This document shows positions 1 through 8,955 of a stretch of 48,537 nucleotides of DNA, piece after piece; the stretch's first letter is position 1; every line of letters starts with the position of its first letter. The notes under the pieces are model-generated. The model saw nothing but the letters and a program-made list of their open reading frames with translations. It made no database searches and was not told where the DNA came from. The stretch is taken from the NCBI GenBank assembly GCA_039926915.1, contig JBDSWB010000049.1, forward strand, positions 1 through 48,537, read 5' to 3'. The position numbers were made by a program, and so were the translations under genes. This DNA comes from Ramlibacter sp. (lineage in GTDB: Bacteria; Pseudomonadota; Gammaproteobacteria; Burkholderiales; Burkholderiaceae_C).

Positions 1-120
1 GCGAAGAAGGCCGCTGCAAAGAAGGCTCCGGCGAAGAAGGCCGCACCGGCGAAGAAGGCCGCTGCAAAGAAGGCCCCCGCGAAGAAGGCTGCCGCGAAGA
101 AGGCTCCGGCCAAGAAGCGC
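1..120 (+). repeat. Coding imperfect ~15-nt tandem repeat (gcgaagaaggc...) encoding Ala/Lys/Pro pentapeptides
   Basis: Repeated aagaaggc units read directly from the sequence. Confidence 0.9.
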
Positions 121-366
121 ACTCCCAACGCCGCGTTCATGAAGGCCCTGACCCCGAGCCCGCAACTGGCGGCCGTGGTCGGCTCGGCTCCGCTGCCCCG
201 CACCGAAGTGGTCAGCAAGCTGTGGGCTTACATCAAGAAGAACAAGCTGCAGGACGCCGTCAACAAACGCATGGTCAACGCCGACGCCAAGCTGAAGGAA
301 ATCTTCGGCAAGGCCCAGGTCTCCATGTTCGAGATGGCGGGCCTGATCGGCAAGCACGTCAAGTAA
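1..366 (+). CDS. SWIB/MDM2-domain protein with N-terminal histone H1-like (PAKKA/AAKKA) repeats; 5' end lies outside the window
   Basis: Frame 1 is open from base 1 (AKKAAAKKAPAKKAAPAKK...KRTPNAAFMKALTPSPQLAAVVG...RTEVVSKLWAYIKKNKLQD), matching the SWIB consensus. Stop TAA at 364-366. Confidence 0.9.
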   Translation, partial: AKKAAAKKAPAKKAAPAKKAAAKKAPAKKAAAKKAPAKKRTPNAAFMKALTPSPQLAAVVGSAPLPRTEVVSKLWAYIKKNKLQDAVNKRMVNADAKLKEIFGKAQVSMFEMAGLIGKHVK

Positions 367-388
367 ATCGGGCTTCGCCTGATTCGGG

Positions 389-413
389 AAGGGCCGCTCA
401 CGCGGCCCTTTTT
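389..413 (+). terminator. Rho-independent terminator between convergent genes
   Basis: Stem AAGGGCCGC (389-397), loop TCAC, GCGGCCCTT (402-410), followed by further T residues. Confidence 0.85.
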
Positions 414-426
414 CATTGCGCTGCGG

Positions 427-2136
427 TCACCTCTTCAGCGCGTTCTCGCGAATCGAAGTCAACGTGCCACGCGTGGTGATGACTTCCGGGTCGAGCATCA
501 CCTCGATCAGCGTGCCCTTGCCGCGCTCCAGCGCCGCCACCAGCTCCGGTTCGAACTCTGCGGTGCGCGTGATGCGCACACCGACATAACCGTAGGCGCG
601 CGCCAACGCCGCGAAATCGGGATTCTTCAATTCGGTGCCGCTGACATGCGCCGGATAGTCTCGCTCCTGGTGCATGCGGATCGTTCCGTACATGCCATTG
701 TTGAGCAGGACGATGATGCTCTTCGCACCGTATTGCGTGGCCGTCGCGAGTTCCTGCCCGTTCATGAGGAAGTCGCCGTCGCCGGCCATGGTGAGCGCCA
801 CGCGGCCGCTCACGATGTTGGCAGCGATGCCTGCCGGAACGCCGTAGCCCATCGCTCCGACCGTGGGCGCGAGTTGGGTCTTCAGGCCCGAGGCCAAACC
901 ATGGTGCTTGAAGAAGCGGTGCACCCAGCTCGCGAAGTTGCCGGCGCCGTTGGTCAGCACCGCGTCCGCCGGCAAGTGCTTCTTCAGGACAGCGACGATG
1001 GCCGGCATATCGACCACGCCTTGCGGCGAATCGCCCGGCAGGCCGGGCAAGGGCTGAGACACGAGGTTGGCCTCGAAGTCCGCATGAGCGGCCTCGGTCC
1101 AGGCCGCCCAGGGAATCTCCGGCGGTGCGCTGAGCACTTCGAGCGAACGCGCGGCTGCGTTCATGGTTGCGTTGATCGCCAGGTCAGCCTGATACACGCG
1201 ATTGAGTTCCTCGGCGCTTGCATGAATATGAACCAGCTTCTGCCGGGGCTTGGGCGCCTGCAGCAGCGTGTAGCCGCCCGTCGTCATTTCGCCAAGCCGC
1301 GGGCCGATCGCAAGGATGAGGTCGCTCTCCTTGATGCGCGCCGCCAATGCCGGCGCCAGTCCAATCCCCACATCGCCCGCGTACTGCGGATGGTGGTTGT
1401 CGAAGGTGTCCTGGAAGCGGAACGCATTGCCCACCGGCAGCTTCCAGTTTTCGGCGAAGCGCTGCAGCGCCTGCGCGGCCTTCGGAGTCCAGCCCCCGCC
1501 CCCCGCGATCACGAAAGGCTTCTTCGATTGCAGCAGCAGTTCCCTCAGCTGCCGGAGCGAACCCGGATCGCTCCATGACTCGACGGCTTCCACTCGCGCC
1601 ATGGGCCGCGCGGAGGTCGGCTTGACGAGCATGTCCTCCGGCAGCACCAGCACCACCGGCCCCGGCCGGCCGTTCATGGCGGTGGCGAATGCGCGGGCAA
1701 CATATTCCGGGATGCGCTCCGGGTCGTCGATGCGCTCGACCCGCTTGGCCATGCCCTTTGTGCTGGGGCCGAAGAAGCTCGTGTATTCCACTTCCTGGAA
1801 TGCTTCCCGGTCGCGCTGTTCGCTCGCCACGTCACCAACGAACAGCACCATCGGCGTCGAATCCTGGAACGCGGTGTGGACGCCGATCGACGCATTGGTG
1901 GCGCCGGGCCCGCGCGTCACGAAGCACACCCCCGGCCGGCCGGTCAGCTTGCCGTGCGCTTCGGCCATGAACGCCGCGCCGCCTTCCTGGCGGTTGATGA
2001 TGAAACGGATGTTGTCGCGATAGGCATGAAAGCCGTCCAGCACGGCCAGGTAACTCTCGCCGGGCACGCCGAAGACGTGCGTCGCGCCCTGCGCAACCAG
2101 GCATTCCACAATCAAGTGTCCGGCGATCTGTCTCAT
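427..2136 (-). CDS. Thiamine pyrophosphate-dependent enzyme (acetolactate synthase large-subunit-like)
   Basis: N-terminal FGVPGES and RQEGGAAFMA, TRGPGATN, and the C-terminal TPP motif GDGDFLMNGQEL...NNG. No ilvH/ilvC nearby, so a catabolic paralogue is likely. Confidence 0.9.
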   Translation of the reverse strand: MRQIAGHLIVECLVAQGATHVFGVPGESYLAVLDGFHAYRDNIRFIINRQEGGAAFMAEAHGKLTGRPGVCFVTRGPGATNASIGVHTAFQDSTPMVLFVGDVASEQRDREAFQEVEYTSFFGPSTKGMAKRVERIDDPERIPEYVARAFATAMNGRPGPVVLVLPEDMLVKPTSARPMARVEAVESWSDPGSLRQLRELLLQSKKPFVIAGGGGWTPKAAQALQRFAENWKLPVGNAFRFQDTFDNHHPQYAGDVGIGLAPALAARIKESDLILAIGPRLGEMTTGGYTLLQAPKPRQKLVHIHASAEELNRVYQADLAINATMNAAARSLEVLSAPPEIPWAAWTEAAHADFEANLVSQPLPGLPGDSPQGVVDMPAIVAVLKKHLPADAVLTNGAGNFASWVHRFFKHHGLASGLKTQLAPTVGAMGYGVPAGIAANIVSGRVALTMAGDGDFLMNGQELATATQYGAKSIIVLLNNGMYGTIRMHQERDYPAHVSGTELKNPDFAALARAYGYVGVRITRTAEFEPELVAALERGKGTLIEVMLDPEVITTRGTLTSIRENALKR

Positions 2137-2219
2137 ATGTTGACCCCCACGCCCGGCAAAGCCGGACTGCCCCCCGAGGGGGTGCGAGCTTGCTTGAAGC
2201 GGTTCTGCGCGGCGCTCAT
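2132..2219. mobile_element. Short (83-bp) palindromic REP/MITE-like insertion flanked by CTCAT (ATGAG on the minus strand) direct repeats
   Basis: CTCAT occurs at 2132-2136 and 2215-2219. Internal hairpins CCGGC-AAA-GCCGG and CCCCC-CGA-GGGGG. The GCCCCCCGAGGGGG core resembles a repeat I recall from Comamonadaceae genomes (unverified). Confidence 0.6.
2133..2219 (-). CDS. Putative 28-aa element-encoded mini-ORF (MSAAQNRFKQARTPSGGSPALPGVGVNI*)
   Basis: ATG at 2219-2217, open to TGA at 2135-2133, which overlaps the TPP-enzyme ATG as ATGA. Translation is not demonstrated. Confidence 0.4.
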   Translation of the reverse strand: MSAAQNRFKQARTPSGGSPALPGVGVNI

Positions 2220-2230
2220 GTCTTGACTCG

Positions 2231-2248
2231 ATTAACGTTTTAGTGAAT
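2231..2248. promoter_or_regulatory. Putative TetR operator copy 1 (ATTAAC-N6-GTGAAT)
   Basis: One mismatch to the palindrome at 2968-2987. Lies in the divergent TPP-enzyme/tetR intergenic region. Confidence 0.55.
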
Positions 2249-2257
2249 TATCTTGCC

Positions 2258-2908
2258 ATGCCACGAGCAACCCCCATGGCCACCGACGAGCGGCTGCGCG
2301 ACGCGGACCGCTCGCAAGCCATTATCTTAGCGGCGGCCCGCGACGAGTTCGCCGAGTATGGCCTGGGCGGCGCGCGGATGGACCGGATCGCCGAGCGCGC
2401 CGGCCTGAACAAGCGGCTGATCTACTACTACTTCGAGGACAAGGAGAAGTTGTTCCGGGCCGTGCTGGAGAACGCCTACCTGCACATCCGGGAGGAAGAG
2501 CGCAAGCTCAACCTGCTGGAAGTGCCGCCCACGGAAGCCTTGCGTCGACTGGTTGAATTCACGTGGCGCTACTACCTTGACCATCCGGAGTTCCTGACGC
2601 TGCTCAACAGCGCCAACCTGCACCGCGCCCGCCATCTGGAAGGCTCGGAGCGGGTGCGGGAGATGAATTCGCCGCTGATCGCGACTCTCGGCGAAGTACT
2701 TGAGCGGGGCCGGCGCGAGGGCACCTTCCGCGGCGGCGTCGATCCGGTGCAGTTGTACGTCTCCATCGCGGGGCTGTCGTACTTCTACCTGTCGAACAAC
2801 CACACCCTTTCGGCTATCTTCGGGCGCGACTTGCTCTCGGCCAAGGCACGCAATGAACGCCTGGCGCACATGTGCGACGTGATTCTCGGCTACGTGCTGA
2901 GAGACTGA
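2258..2908 (+). CDS. TetR/AcrR family transcriptional regulator
   Basis: HTH ILAAARDEFAEYGLGGARMDRIAERAGLNKRLIYYYFEDKEKLF. Start uncertain (2243, 2258 or 2276). Confidence 0.92.
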   Translation: MPRATPMATDERLRDADRSQAIILAAARDEFAEYGLGGARMDRIAERAGLNKRLIYYYFEDKEKLFRAVLENAYLHIREEERKLNLLEVPPTEALRRLVEFTWRYYLDHPEFLTLLNSANLHRARHLEGSERVREMNSPLIATLGEVLERGRREGTFRGGVDPVQLYVSIAGLSYFYLSNNHTLSAIFGRDLLSAKARNERLAHMCDVILGYVLRD

Positions 2909-2941
2909 GTACCGCCGCGCCACCCTGATCGCCCCATGGGC

Positions 2942-2987
2942 TTGCGTTTGGTAAATCAGCTCAATACAATTAACCAAACAGTTAATT
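2942..2987 (+). promoter_or_regulatory. Sigma70 promoter (TTGCGT-N17-TACAAT) overlapped by a palindromic operator AATTAAC-N6-GTTAATT
   Basis: -35 at 2942-2947, -10 at 2965-2970, perfect inverted repeat at 2968-2987, in an AT-rich patch before the operon starting at 3010. Confidence 0.75.
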
Positions 2988-3009
2988 ACTGTGGCCACAG
3001 GAGCAAGCC

Positions 3010-4173
3010 ATGCCTACCCAAAGACTCGGAATCATCATGCACGGCGTCACTGGACGCATGGGCATGAACCAGCACCTCGTCCGCTCCATCGTGGCGATCC
3101 GCAACCAGGGCGGTGTCACGCTCTCCAACGGCGACAAGGTCATGCCCGACCCCATCCTCATCGGCCGCAACGCCGAGAAGATGGAGGCGCTCGCCAAGGC
3201 CTGGAAGATCGAGCGCTGGGGTACCGACCTGGACAAAGCGCTGTCCAACCCGGACGACACCGTTTTCTTCGACGCTGGCACCACGCAGATGCGCCCCACC
3301 TTGCTTGCCAACGCAATTCGCGCCGGCAAGCACGTCTACTGCGAAAAGCCCATCGCGACCAACCTCAACGAAGCGGTAGAAATCGCGCGCCTGGCCGGGA
3401 AGTCGGGGCTGAAGCATGGCGCCGTACAGGACAAATTGTTCCTGCCGGGCCTGCGCAAGCTCGACATGCTCAGGCGCGCCGGATTCTTCGGCAAGCTGTT
3501 GTCAGTGCGCCTGGAGTTCGGCTACTGGGTGTTCGAAGGCGACCTGCAGCCGATCCAGCGCCCGAGCTGGAACTACCGCAAGGAAGACGGCGGGGGCATG
3601 ATCCTGGACATGATGTGCCATTGGCGCTATGTGCTGGACAACCTGTTCGGCGAAGTGAAATCTGTCTCCTGCATAGGCGCTACGCACATCCCGCAGCGTT
3701 GGGACGAAGAAGGCAAGCCGTACCAGGCCACCGCCGACGACGCCGCATACGCCACGGCCGAACTGGTCGGCCACAACGGCGAGCCCGTGATCGCGCAGAT
3801 GAACATGTCCTGGGCCACCCGTGTACGACGCGACGACCTGGTCACCTTCCATGTCGACGGCACACATGGTTCTGCGGTGGCGGGCCTGTCGTCCTGCCGG
3901 GCCCAGAGCCGCGTCACGACGCCGCGGCCGGTGTGGAACCCCGATGAGAAGCAGACCATGAACTTCTTCGATCAATGGCAGGAAGTGCCGGACACACAGG
4001 TCTACGACAACGGCTTCAAGATCCAGTGGGAACACTTCATCCGCCACGTATTTGAAAACGAGCCCTACCGCTGGACGCTGACAGAAGGCGCGAAGGGAGT
4101 GCAGCTGGTCGAGGCCGCTTTGCAGAGCTGGAAAGAGCGACGCTGGATCGATGTGCCGCCACTGAATGTCTGA
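3010..4173 (+). CDS. Gfo/Idh/MocA family oxidoreductase
   Basis: N-terminal Rossmann-like GIIMHGVTGRMG, AGKHVYCEKP motif, GGGMILDMMCHW. GGAG RBS upstream. Confidence 0.92.
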   Translation: MPTQRLGIIMHGVTGRMGMNQHLVRSIVAIRNQGGVTLSNGDKVMPDPILIGRNAEKMEALAKAWKIERWGTDLDKALSNPDDTVFFDAGTTQMRPTLLANAIRAGKHVYCEKPIATNLNEAVEIARLAGKSGLKHGAVQDKLFLPGLRKLDMLRRAGFFGKLLSVRLEFGYWVFEGDLQPIQRPSWNYRKEDGGGMILDMMCHWRYVLDNLFGEVKSVSCIGATHIPQRWDEEGKPYQATADDAAYATAELVGHNGEPVIAQMNMSWATRVRRDDLVTFHVDGTHGSAVAGLSSCRAQSRVTTPRPVWNPDEKQTMNFFDQWQEVPDTQVYDNGFKIQWEHFIRHVFENEPYRWTLTEGAKGVQLVEAALQSWKERRWIDVPPLNV

Positions 4174-5368
4174 GCAGGCTGACATGCCCCTCTCCCTGGA
4201 CCTCCCCGCCTCCGGCGGCGGCCTTTCCCGCTACACCTTGCGCGGCGCGGCACCGGTCAAGCCGGCATCGGGCACAACGTTCAACCGCGTCGCCTATTCT
4301 GCCGCGCACGTCGTGGCCGACCCGCGCGCCGCGATCGACCCGTGGCTGGATTGCGCCGTGGACTGGGACGCCACGATCGCCTACCGCCGCCACCTCTGGT
4401 CCCTGGGCCTGGGCGTGGCCGAAGCCATGGACACGGCGCAGCGCGGCATGGGCCTGGACTGGCCGACTTCATTGGAGCTGATCCGCCGCTCGCTCGACGC
4501 GGCGAAGGACATGCCCGGGGCGCTGGTGGCCAGCGGTTGCGGCACCGACCACCTCGTGATCGATGACGTCAAGACCGTCGACCAGGTGATCGCAGGTTAT
4601 GAGGAGCAGATGGCCGCGATCGAGAAGCTTGGCGGCACACTCATCGTCATGGCGAGCCGCGCACTCGCGCGCGTTGCGAAGGGTCCGGCGGACTACGAGC
4701 GCGTCTATGACCGCATCCTCAGCCAGGCGCGCCAGCCGGTGGTGCTGCACTGGCTGGGCGACATGTTCGACCCGGCGCTGGCCGGCTACTGGGGAACAAG
4801 GGATGTCGACGCCGCGATGGACACGGCGCTGGGCATCATCGCCGCCCATCCGGACAAGGTGAATGGCATCAAGATCTCGCTGCTGGACAAGGACAGGGAA
4901 ATCGCGATGCGCCGACGGCTCCCCGCGGGCGTGCGCATGTACACGGGCGACGATTTCAACTACGCGGAGCTGATCGCGGGCGATGGTTTCGGCGACGATC
5001 CGCTGCATGGCCAGAGCGATGCACTGCTGGGCATCTTCGACGCAATCGCGCCTGCCGCGAGCGCGGCGCTGGGCGAACTGGCGCGAGGCAACGTCGCGCG
5101 CTTCCACGCCATCCTCGGCCCCACGGTGCCGCTCTCGCGCCACATCTTCGCGGCCCCTACGCGCTTCTACAAGACCGGTGTCGTGTTCATGGCCTGGCTC
5201 AATGGCCACCAGTCGCACTTCACCATGGTCGGGGGCCAGCAGAGCGCGCGATCGCTGACCCACTTCGCCGAGCTGTTCCGTCTGGCCGATGCAGCCGACC
5301 TGCTCGAACAGCCGGAGCTCGCGACGCGGCGCATGAAGGCGCTGCTCTCACTCCACGGCGTCGACTGA
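4166..5368 (+). CDS. DUF993 / dihydrodipicolinate synthase-like TIM-barrel protein
   Basis: AAHVVADP, AEAMDTAQRGMGL, HWLGDMFDP, GIKISLLD and YTGDDFNY motifs. Alternative start at 4184. Confidence 0.85.
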   Translation: MSEQADMPLSLDLPASGGGLSRYTLRGAAPVKPASGTTFNRVAYSAAHVVADPRAAIDPWLDCAVDWDATIAYRRHLWSLGLGVAEAMDTAQRGMGLDWPTSLELIRRSLDAAKDMPGALVASGCGTDHLVIDDVKTVDQVIAGYEEQMAAIEKLGGTLIVMASRALARVAKGPADYERVYDRILSQARQPVVLHWLGDMFDPALAGYWGTRDVDAAMDTALGIIAAHPDKVNGIKISLLDKDREIAMRRRLPAGVRMYTGDDFNYAELIAGDGFGDDPLHGQSDALLGIFDAIAPAASAALGELARGNVARFHAILGPTVPLSRHIFAAPTRFYKTGVVFMAWLNGHQSHFTMVGGQQSARSLTHFAELFRLADAADLLEQPELATRRMKALLSLHGVD

Positions 5369-5401
5369 CGCAGCGCCCACCGGATTCGACAAGGAGACAA
5401 G

Positions 5402-6364
5402 ATGTTCAATCGATTCATCAAGGCCGCCGCGGCCGCCTGCCTGGCCGCAGCGACCTGCGCCGCCCTCGCGCAGGCATACCCCACCCGGCCGGTCAGGGTG
5501 ATCATCCCCTTCCCACCCGGCGGCACGCTCGACACCGTAGGCCGGCAACTGGCGCAAAAGCTCAGCGACCAGATGGGCCAGAACTTCGTCGTCGACAACA
5601 AGCCGGGCGGCAACGGAACCATCGGCGCGGACGTGGTCGCCAAGGCGCCCGCCGACGGCTATACATTGCTGTTCAATGCATCGACCTTCGTCAGCGCACC
5701 GATGACGATGAAGTCGGTTCCTTATGGGGTGATGAAGGACTTCACTCCGGTGTCTCTTGTCGCCAGGGCGCCACTGTCCGTCGCGATCAACAAGAACTTG
5801 CCGGTGACCGACATCAAGTCGATGCTCGCCTACGCGAAGGCCAACCCCGGCAAGATGACATTCGCCGTCGGCTCGATCGGTTCGGCCGGCCACATGGCCA
5901 CCGAACTGCTCAAGCGCGCCGGCGACCTCAACTATCTCATCGTGCCTTACAAGGGCACGGCGCCCGCGTTCCAGGACCTCATCGGCGGGCAGATTGACGG
6001 CTTCATCGATCCCATCCTCGGCTCGCTGCAATACCACAAGTCGGGTTTGCTCCGCGTGATCGCGGTGACGTCGAGTGCGCGCGCGCCCAACCTTCCGGAC
6101 GTTCCCACCGTCGGCGAGACCCTCCCCGGCTACGAGTTCTACAGCTGGTACGGGCTGTGGGGTCCGGCGAAGCTGCCCATTGAAATCACGCAGCGGCTGA
6201 ACGCGGAAGTGAACAAGGCACTGGCCAGCGACATGAACGACAAGCTCTCCCAACAAGGGCTGCAGCTCACGCCGGGATCGGTCGAGGACTTCGTCAAATT
6301 CCAGCAGTCCGACATGGTTCGCGCCCAGAAAATCATCACGGAAGGCAACATCCGTGTCGAGTGA
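5402..6364 (+). CDS. Bug/TctC tripartite tricarboxylate transporter substrate-binding protein
   Basis: Signal peptide, YPTRPVRVIIPFPPGG, NKPGGNGTIG, APADGYTLL, VPYKGTAPA. Confidence 0.93.
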   Translation: MFNRFIKAAAAACLAAATCAALAQAYPTRPVRVIIPFPPGGTLDTVGRQLAQKLSDQMGQNFVVDNKPGGNGTIGADVVAKAPADGYTLLFNASTFVSAPMTMKSVPYGVMKDFTPVSLVARAPLSVAINKNLPVTDIKSMLAYAKANPGKMTFAVGSIGSAGHMATELLKRAGDLNYLIVPYKGTAPAFQDLIGGQIDGFIDPILGSLQYHKSGLLRVIAVTSSARAPNLPDVPTVGETLPGYEFYSWYGLWGPAKLPIEITQRLNAEVNKALASDMNDKLSQQGLQLTPGSVEDFVKFQQSDMVRAQKIITEGNIRVE

Positions 6365-6368
6365 GGGA

Positions 6369-7283
6369 ATGCGGGCCGCGGTCGCGGGCGCGAGCACGCT
6401 TGCGCCTGTCGTCGGCCTCATCGGGCTCGGTCTCGTGGGCCGCGCCATCGCGAAGCGGCTGATCGCCGCCGGCATGAGCGTGGTGGGATTCGACCTGCAG
6501 GAGGAGGCGCGAGCAGCGTTGCAACGCGCCGGCGGCGAAGCGGCCGGCTCCGCCCGCGAAATCGGTGCGCGCGCGGAATGCATCGTGCTGGCCGTGTTCA
6601 GCACCGCCGATGTGATCGAAGTGATCGATGGACCGGATGGCCTGTTGGCTGCCAGTCACCGGGTGCGCACGATCCTCGATTGCTCGACCGGCGATCCCGA
6701 GGCCTTGCAGGCCCTGGCGGCGCGACTCAGGCAGCGTTCCGTCGATTTCATCGAAGGGCCCTTGTCCGGGTCCAGCCAGCAGATCGCCGGTGGGGAAGCG
6801 ACCCAATTGCTGGGTGGGGAAGCGCAAGCCATCGAGGCCTGTGCATCAGTCCTGCAAGCCATCGCCACCCGGCGAATCCATGTCGGGCCGGCCGGTATGG
6901 CGGCTCGCGCCAAGCTGGCGACCAACCTGGTGCTCGGATTGAACCGCGCCGCGCTGGCCGAAGGCATGGCTTTCGCCGAAACGCTGGGGATCGCTCCCGG
7001 CAAATTCCTCGAGCTGGTTCTCGCCACGCCCGCGCGCTCGGCCGCGGCCGAAGTCAAGGGCCTGCTGATGGTCGAAGGCAATTTCGATCCGCAATCACGT
7101 ATCCGCCAGCACCTGAAGGATGTCGACCTCATGCTGGAGAGTGGCGCCAGAACCGGGCAGCCGCTGCCCTTGTCGCAAGCCCACGCCACCTTGATGCGCG
7201 ACGCCATCGAGGCGGGTGACGGCGATCTCGACAATGCGGCGATCATCCTGCAACTGCGGCGTGCGCGGCGACCCAAACTCTGA
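6369..7283 (+). CDS. NAD(P)-dependent beta-hydroxyacid dehydrogenase (3-hydroxyisobutyrate/tartronate-semialdehyde reductase family)
   Basis: GLIGLGLVG, DCSTG, EGPLSG, catalytic K in AKLATN, HLKDV. Alternative GTG start at 6354. Confidence 0.88.
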   Translation: MRAAVAGASTLAPVVGLIGLGLVGRAIAKRLIAAGMSVVGFDLQEEARAALQRAGGEAAGSAREIGARAECIVLAVFSTADVIEVIDGPDGLLAASHRVRTILDCSTGDPEALQALAARLRQRSVDFIEGPLSGSSQQIAGGEATQLLGGEAQAIEACASVLQAIATRRIHVGPAGMAARAKLATNLVLGLNRAALAEGMAFAETLGIAPGKFLELVLATPARSAAAEVKGLLMVEGNFDPQSRIRQHLKDVDLMLESGARTGQPLPLSQAHATLMRDAIEAGDGDLDNAAIILQLRRARRPKL

Positions 7284-7296
7284 ACCCTGGCCTCTC

Positions 7297-8175
7297 ATGC
7301 GCGACTTTTCCCAAGACCACCGATGGCTGTCGATCAACACCGCCACCATCCGCAAGTCCGGCGGCACCGACCTGCCGCTGACTGAAATCATCGAAGCCTG
7401 CGCGCGCCGTGGCATCCGAGCGATCTCGCCGTGGCGGGACCAGGTGGGAGCGGCAGGCCTTGAAACAATTTCCAGCCTCGTGAAGGCCCATGGGTTGGAA
7501 CTCTCGGGGTATTGCCGTGGCGGGATGTTCCCCGCAACAGACGCGCTGGGCCTGAGCGCCGTGCGAGACGACAACCGCCGCGCCGTTGATGAGGCGCGCG
7601 AACTCAACGCGGCCTGCCTGGTGCTTGTCGTGGGCAGCCTCCCGGGCGCCCTGACCGGCAAGGCAGCACACAAGCACATCGCACTGGCACGCAACCAGGT
7701 GAGCGACGGGATAGCGGAACTGCTGGAATACGCGCGGGAAGTGAAGATGCCGCTCGCGATCGAGCCGCTGCATCCGATGTACGCGGCCGACCGGGCATGC
7801 ATCAACACGATGGAACAAGCCCTCGACGTTTGCGACCAACTCGATCCCGGCCGGACCGGCGCGCTGGGCGTGGCGGTCGACGTCTACCACGTGTGGTGGG
7901 ACCCCAAGCTGAAGGAGCAGATCGGGCGCGCGGGCAAGGACCGTCTGATGGCTTTGCATGTGTGCGACTGGCTCACGCCAACGGCCGACCTGCTGAACGA
8001 TCGGGGAATGATGGGCGACGGCGTGATCGACATTCCGCAGATCCGCGACTGGGTGGAGGACCAGGGATTCGCCGGTTACAGCGAGGTCGAGATCTTCTCG
8101 ACTGCCAACTGGTGGCAGCGCGACCACGCCGAAGTGCTGGACACCTGCATCGAGAGGCATCGAAGCGCGGTTTGA
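7297..8175 (+). CDS. Sugar phosphate isomerase/epimerase (xylose isomerase-like TIM barrel)
   Basis: LAIEPLHP, DVYHVWWD, HVCDW, DRGMMGDG and EVEIFS metal ligands. Confidence 0.88.
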   Translation: MRDFSQDHRWLSINTATIRKSGGTDLPLTEIIEACARRGIRAISPWRDQVGAAGLETISSLVKAHGLELSGYCRGGMFPATDALGLSAVRDDNRRAVDEARELNAACLVLVVGSLPGALTGKAAHKHIALARNQVSDGIAELLEYAREVKMPLAIEPLHPMYAADRACINTMEQALDVCDQLDPGRTGALGVAVDVYHVWWDPKLKEQIGRAGKDRLMALHVCDWLTPTADLLNDRGMMGDGVIDIPQIRDWVEDQGFAGYSEVEIFSTANWWQRDHAEVLDTCIERHRSAV

Positions 8176-8214
8176 GACGGGGCGGCAGCGACGCTTGCTC
8201 ACCCCCGAACGCAC

Positions 8215-8742
8215 TCAGGCGGCCTGAAGGCCGGGGCGCACAGCTGCAGGGGTGGAGCGCGCCGTGGACGTCCCGAATTCAATCTCGCCGGACAACTGAC
8301 CACCTTCCTCGATCACCAGTTTGCCGTAGCGCACGCGACCGGTCACTTTGCCGGTGGCGTAGATCACCAGCTTCTGGCGCACGGTCAGGTTGCCTTCGAA
8401 CTGGCCGCGGATCTCGGCGATGTCGATGTCGGCGGATCCCTTGAATGAGCCCCGCTCGGAAATCTGGATCACGCGCGAATCCATCGTGGCTTCCACTGAG
8501 CCTTCGACGACCAGCGTGTCGCAATCGGTGATCTCGACGCCCTTGAGCTTGATGTTCGGGCCCACGGTGAGCTTGCTCTCTCCCTCTTTCGCGGACACGA
8601 CCGGCGCGCTGTTCGCCGCCGGAGTCACCGGCGCGGCAGCCGGGACCGTCCCCGCTGCGGCCACTGCGTTCGGGTTGCCGGGGTTCCGCTGGCTGTACGC
8701 GTCCGGTTCGCGCTTGTTGAAGAACGGGGATTGCATGGCCAT
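8215..8742 (-). CDS. Bactofilin (polymer-forming cytoskeletal protein)
   Basis: Beta-helix repeats LTVGPNIKLKG...LVVEGSVEA...GQFEGNL...YGKLVIEEGGQLSG after a disordered N-terminus. GAGGA RBS upstream. Confidence 0.88.
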   Translation of the reverse strand: MAMQSPFFNKREPDAYSQRNPGNPNAVAAAGTVPAAAPVTPAANSAPVVSAKEGESKLTVGPNIKLKGVEITDCDTLVVEGSVEATMDSRVIQISERGSFKGSADIDIAEIRGQFEGNLTVRQKLVIYATGKVTGRVRYGKLVIEEGGQLSGEIEFGTSTARSTPAAVRPGLQAA

Positions 8743-8955
8743 GATGTACTTCCTCTGAGTGGCGTTGAAAGAGCTGCCGATGCTACGGACCGCTGCCCTT
8801 ACATGTTCATCCGGTTGAGCAAGATCGGTAACCAAGTTCGTTGCTGCTTGCCGACGCCGCATGCCCGTGGTCGCGGATTTTTTCGCGAATACCGTGAGGA
8901 CCTGTTGCAGTGCGCCGGGTCACGGCGCACCATGGGTGCACAAGAGGGGAAAAAT

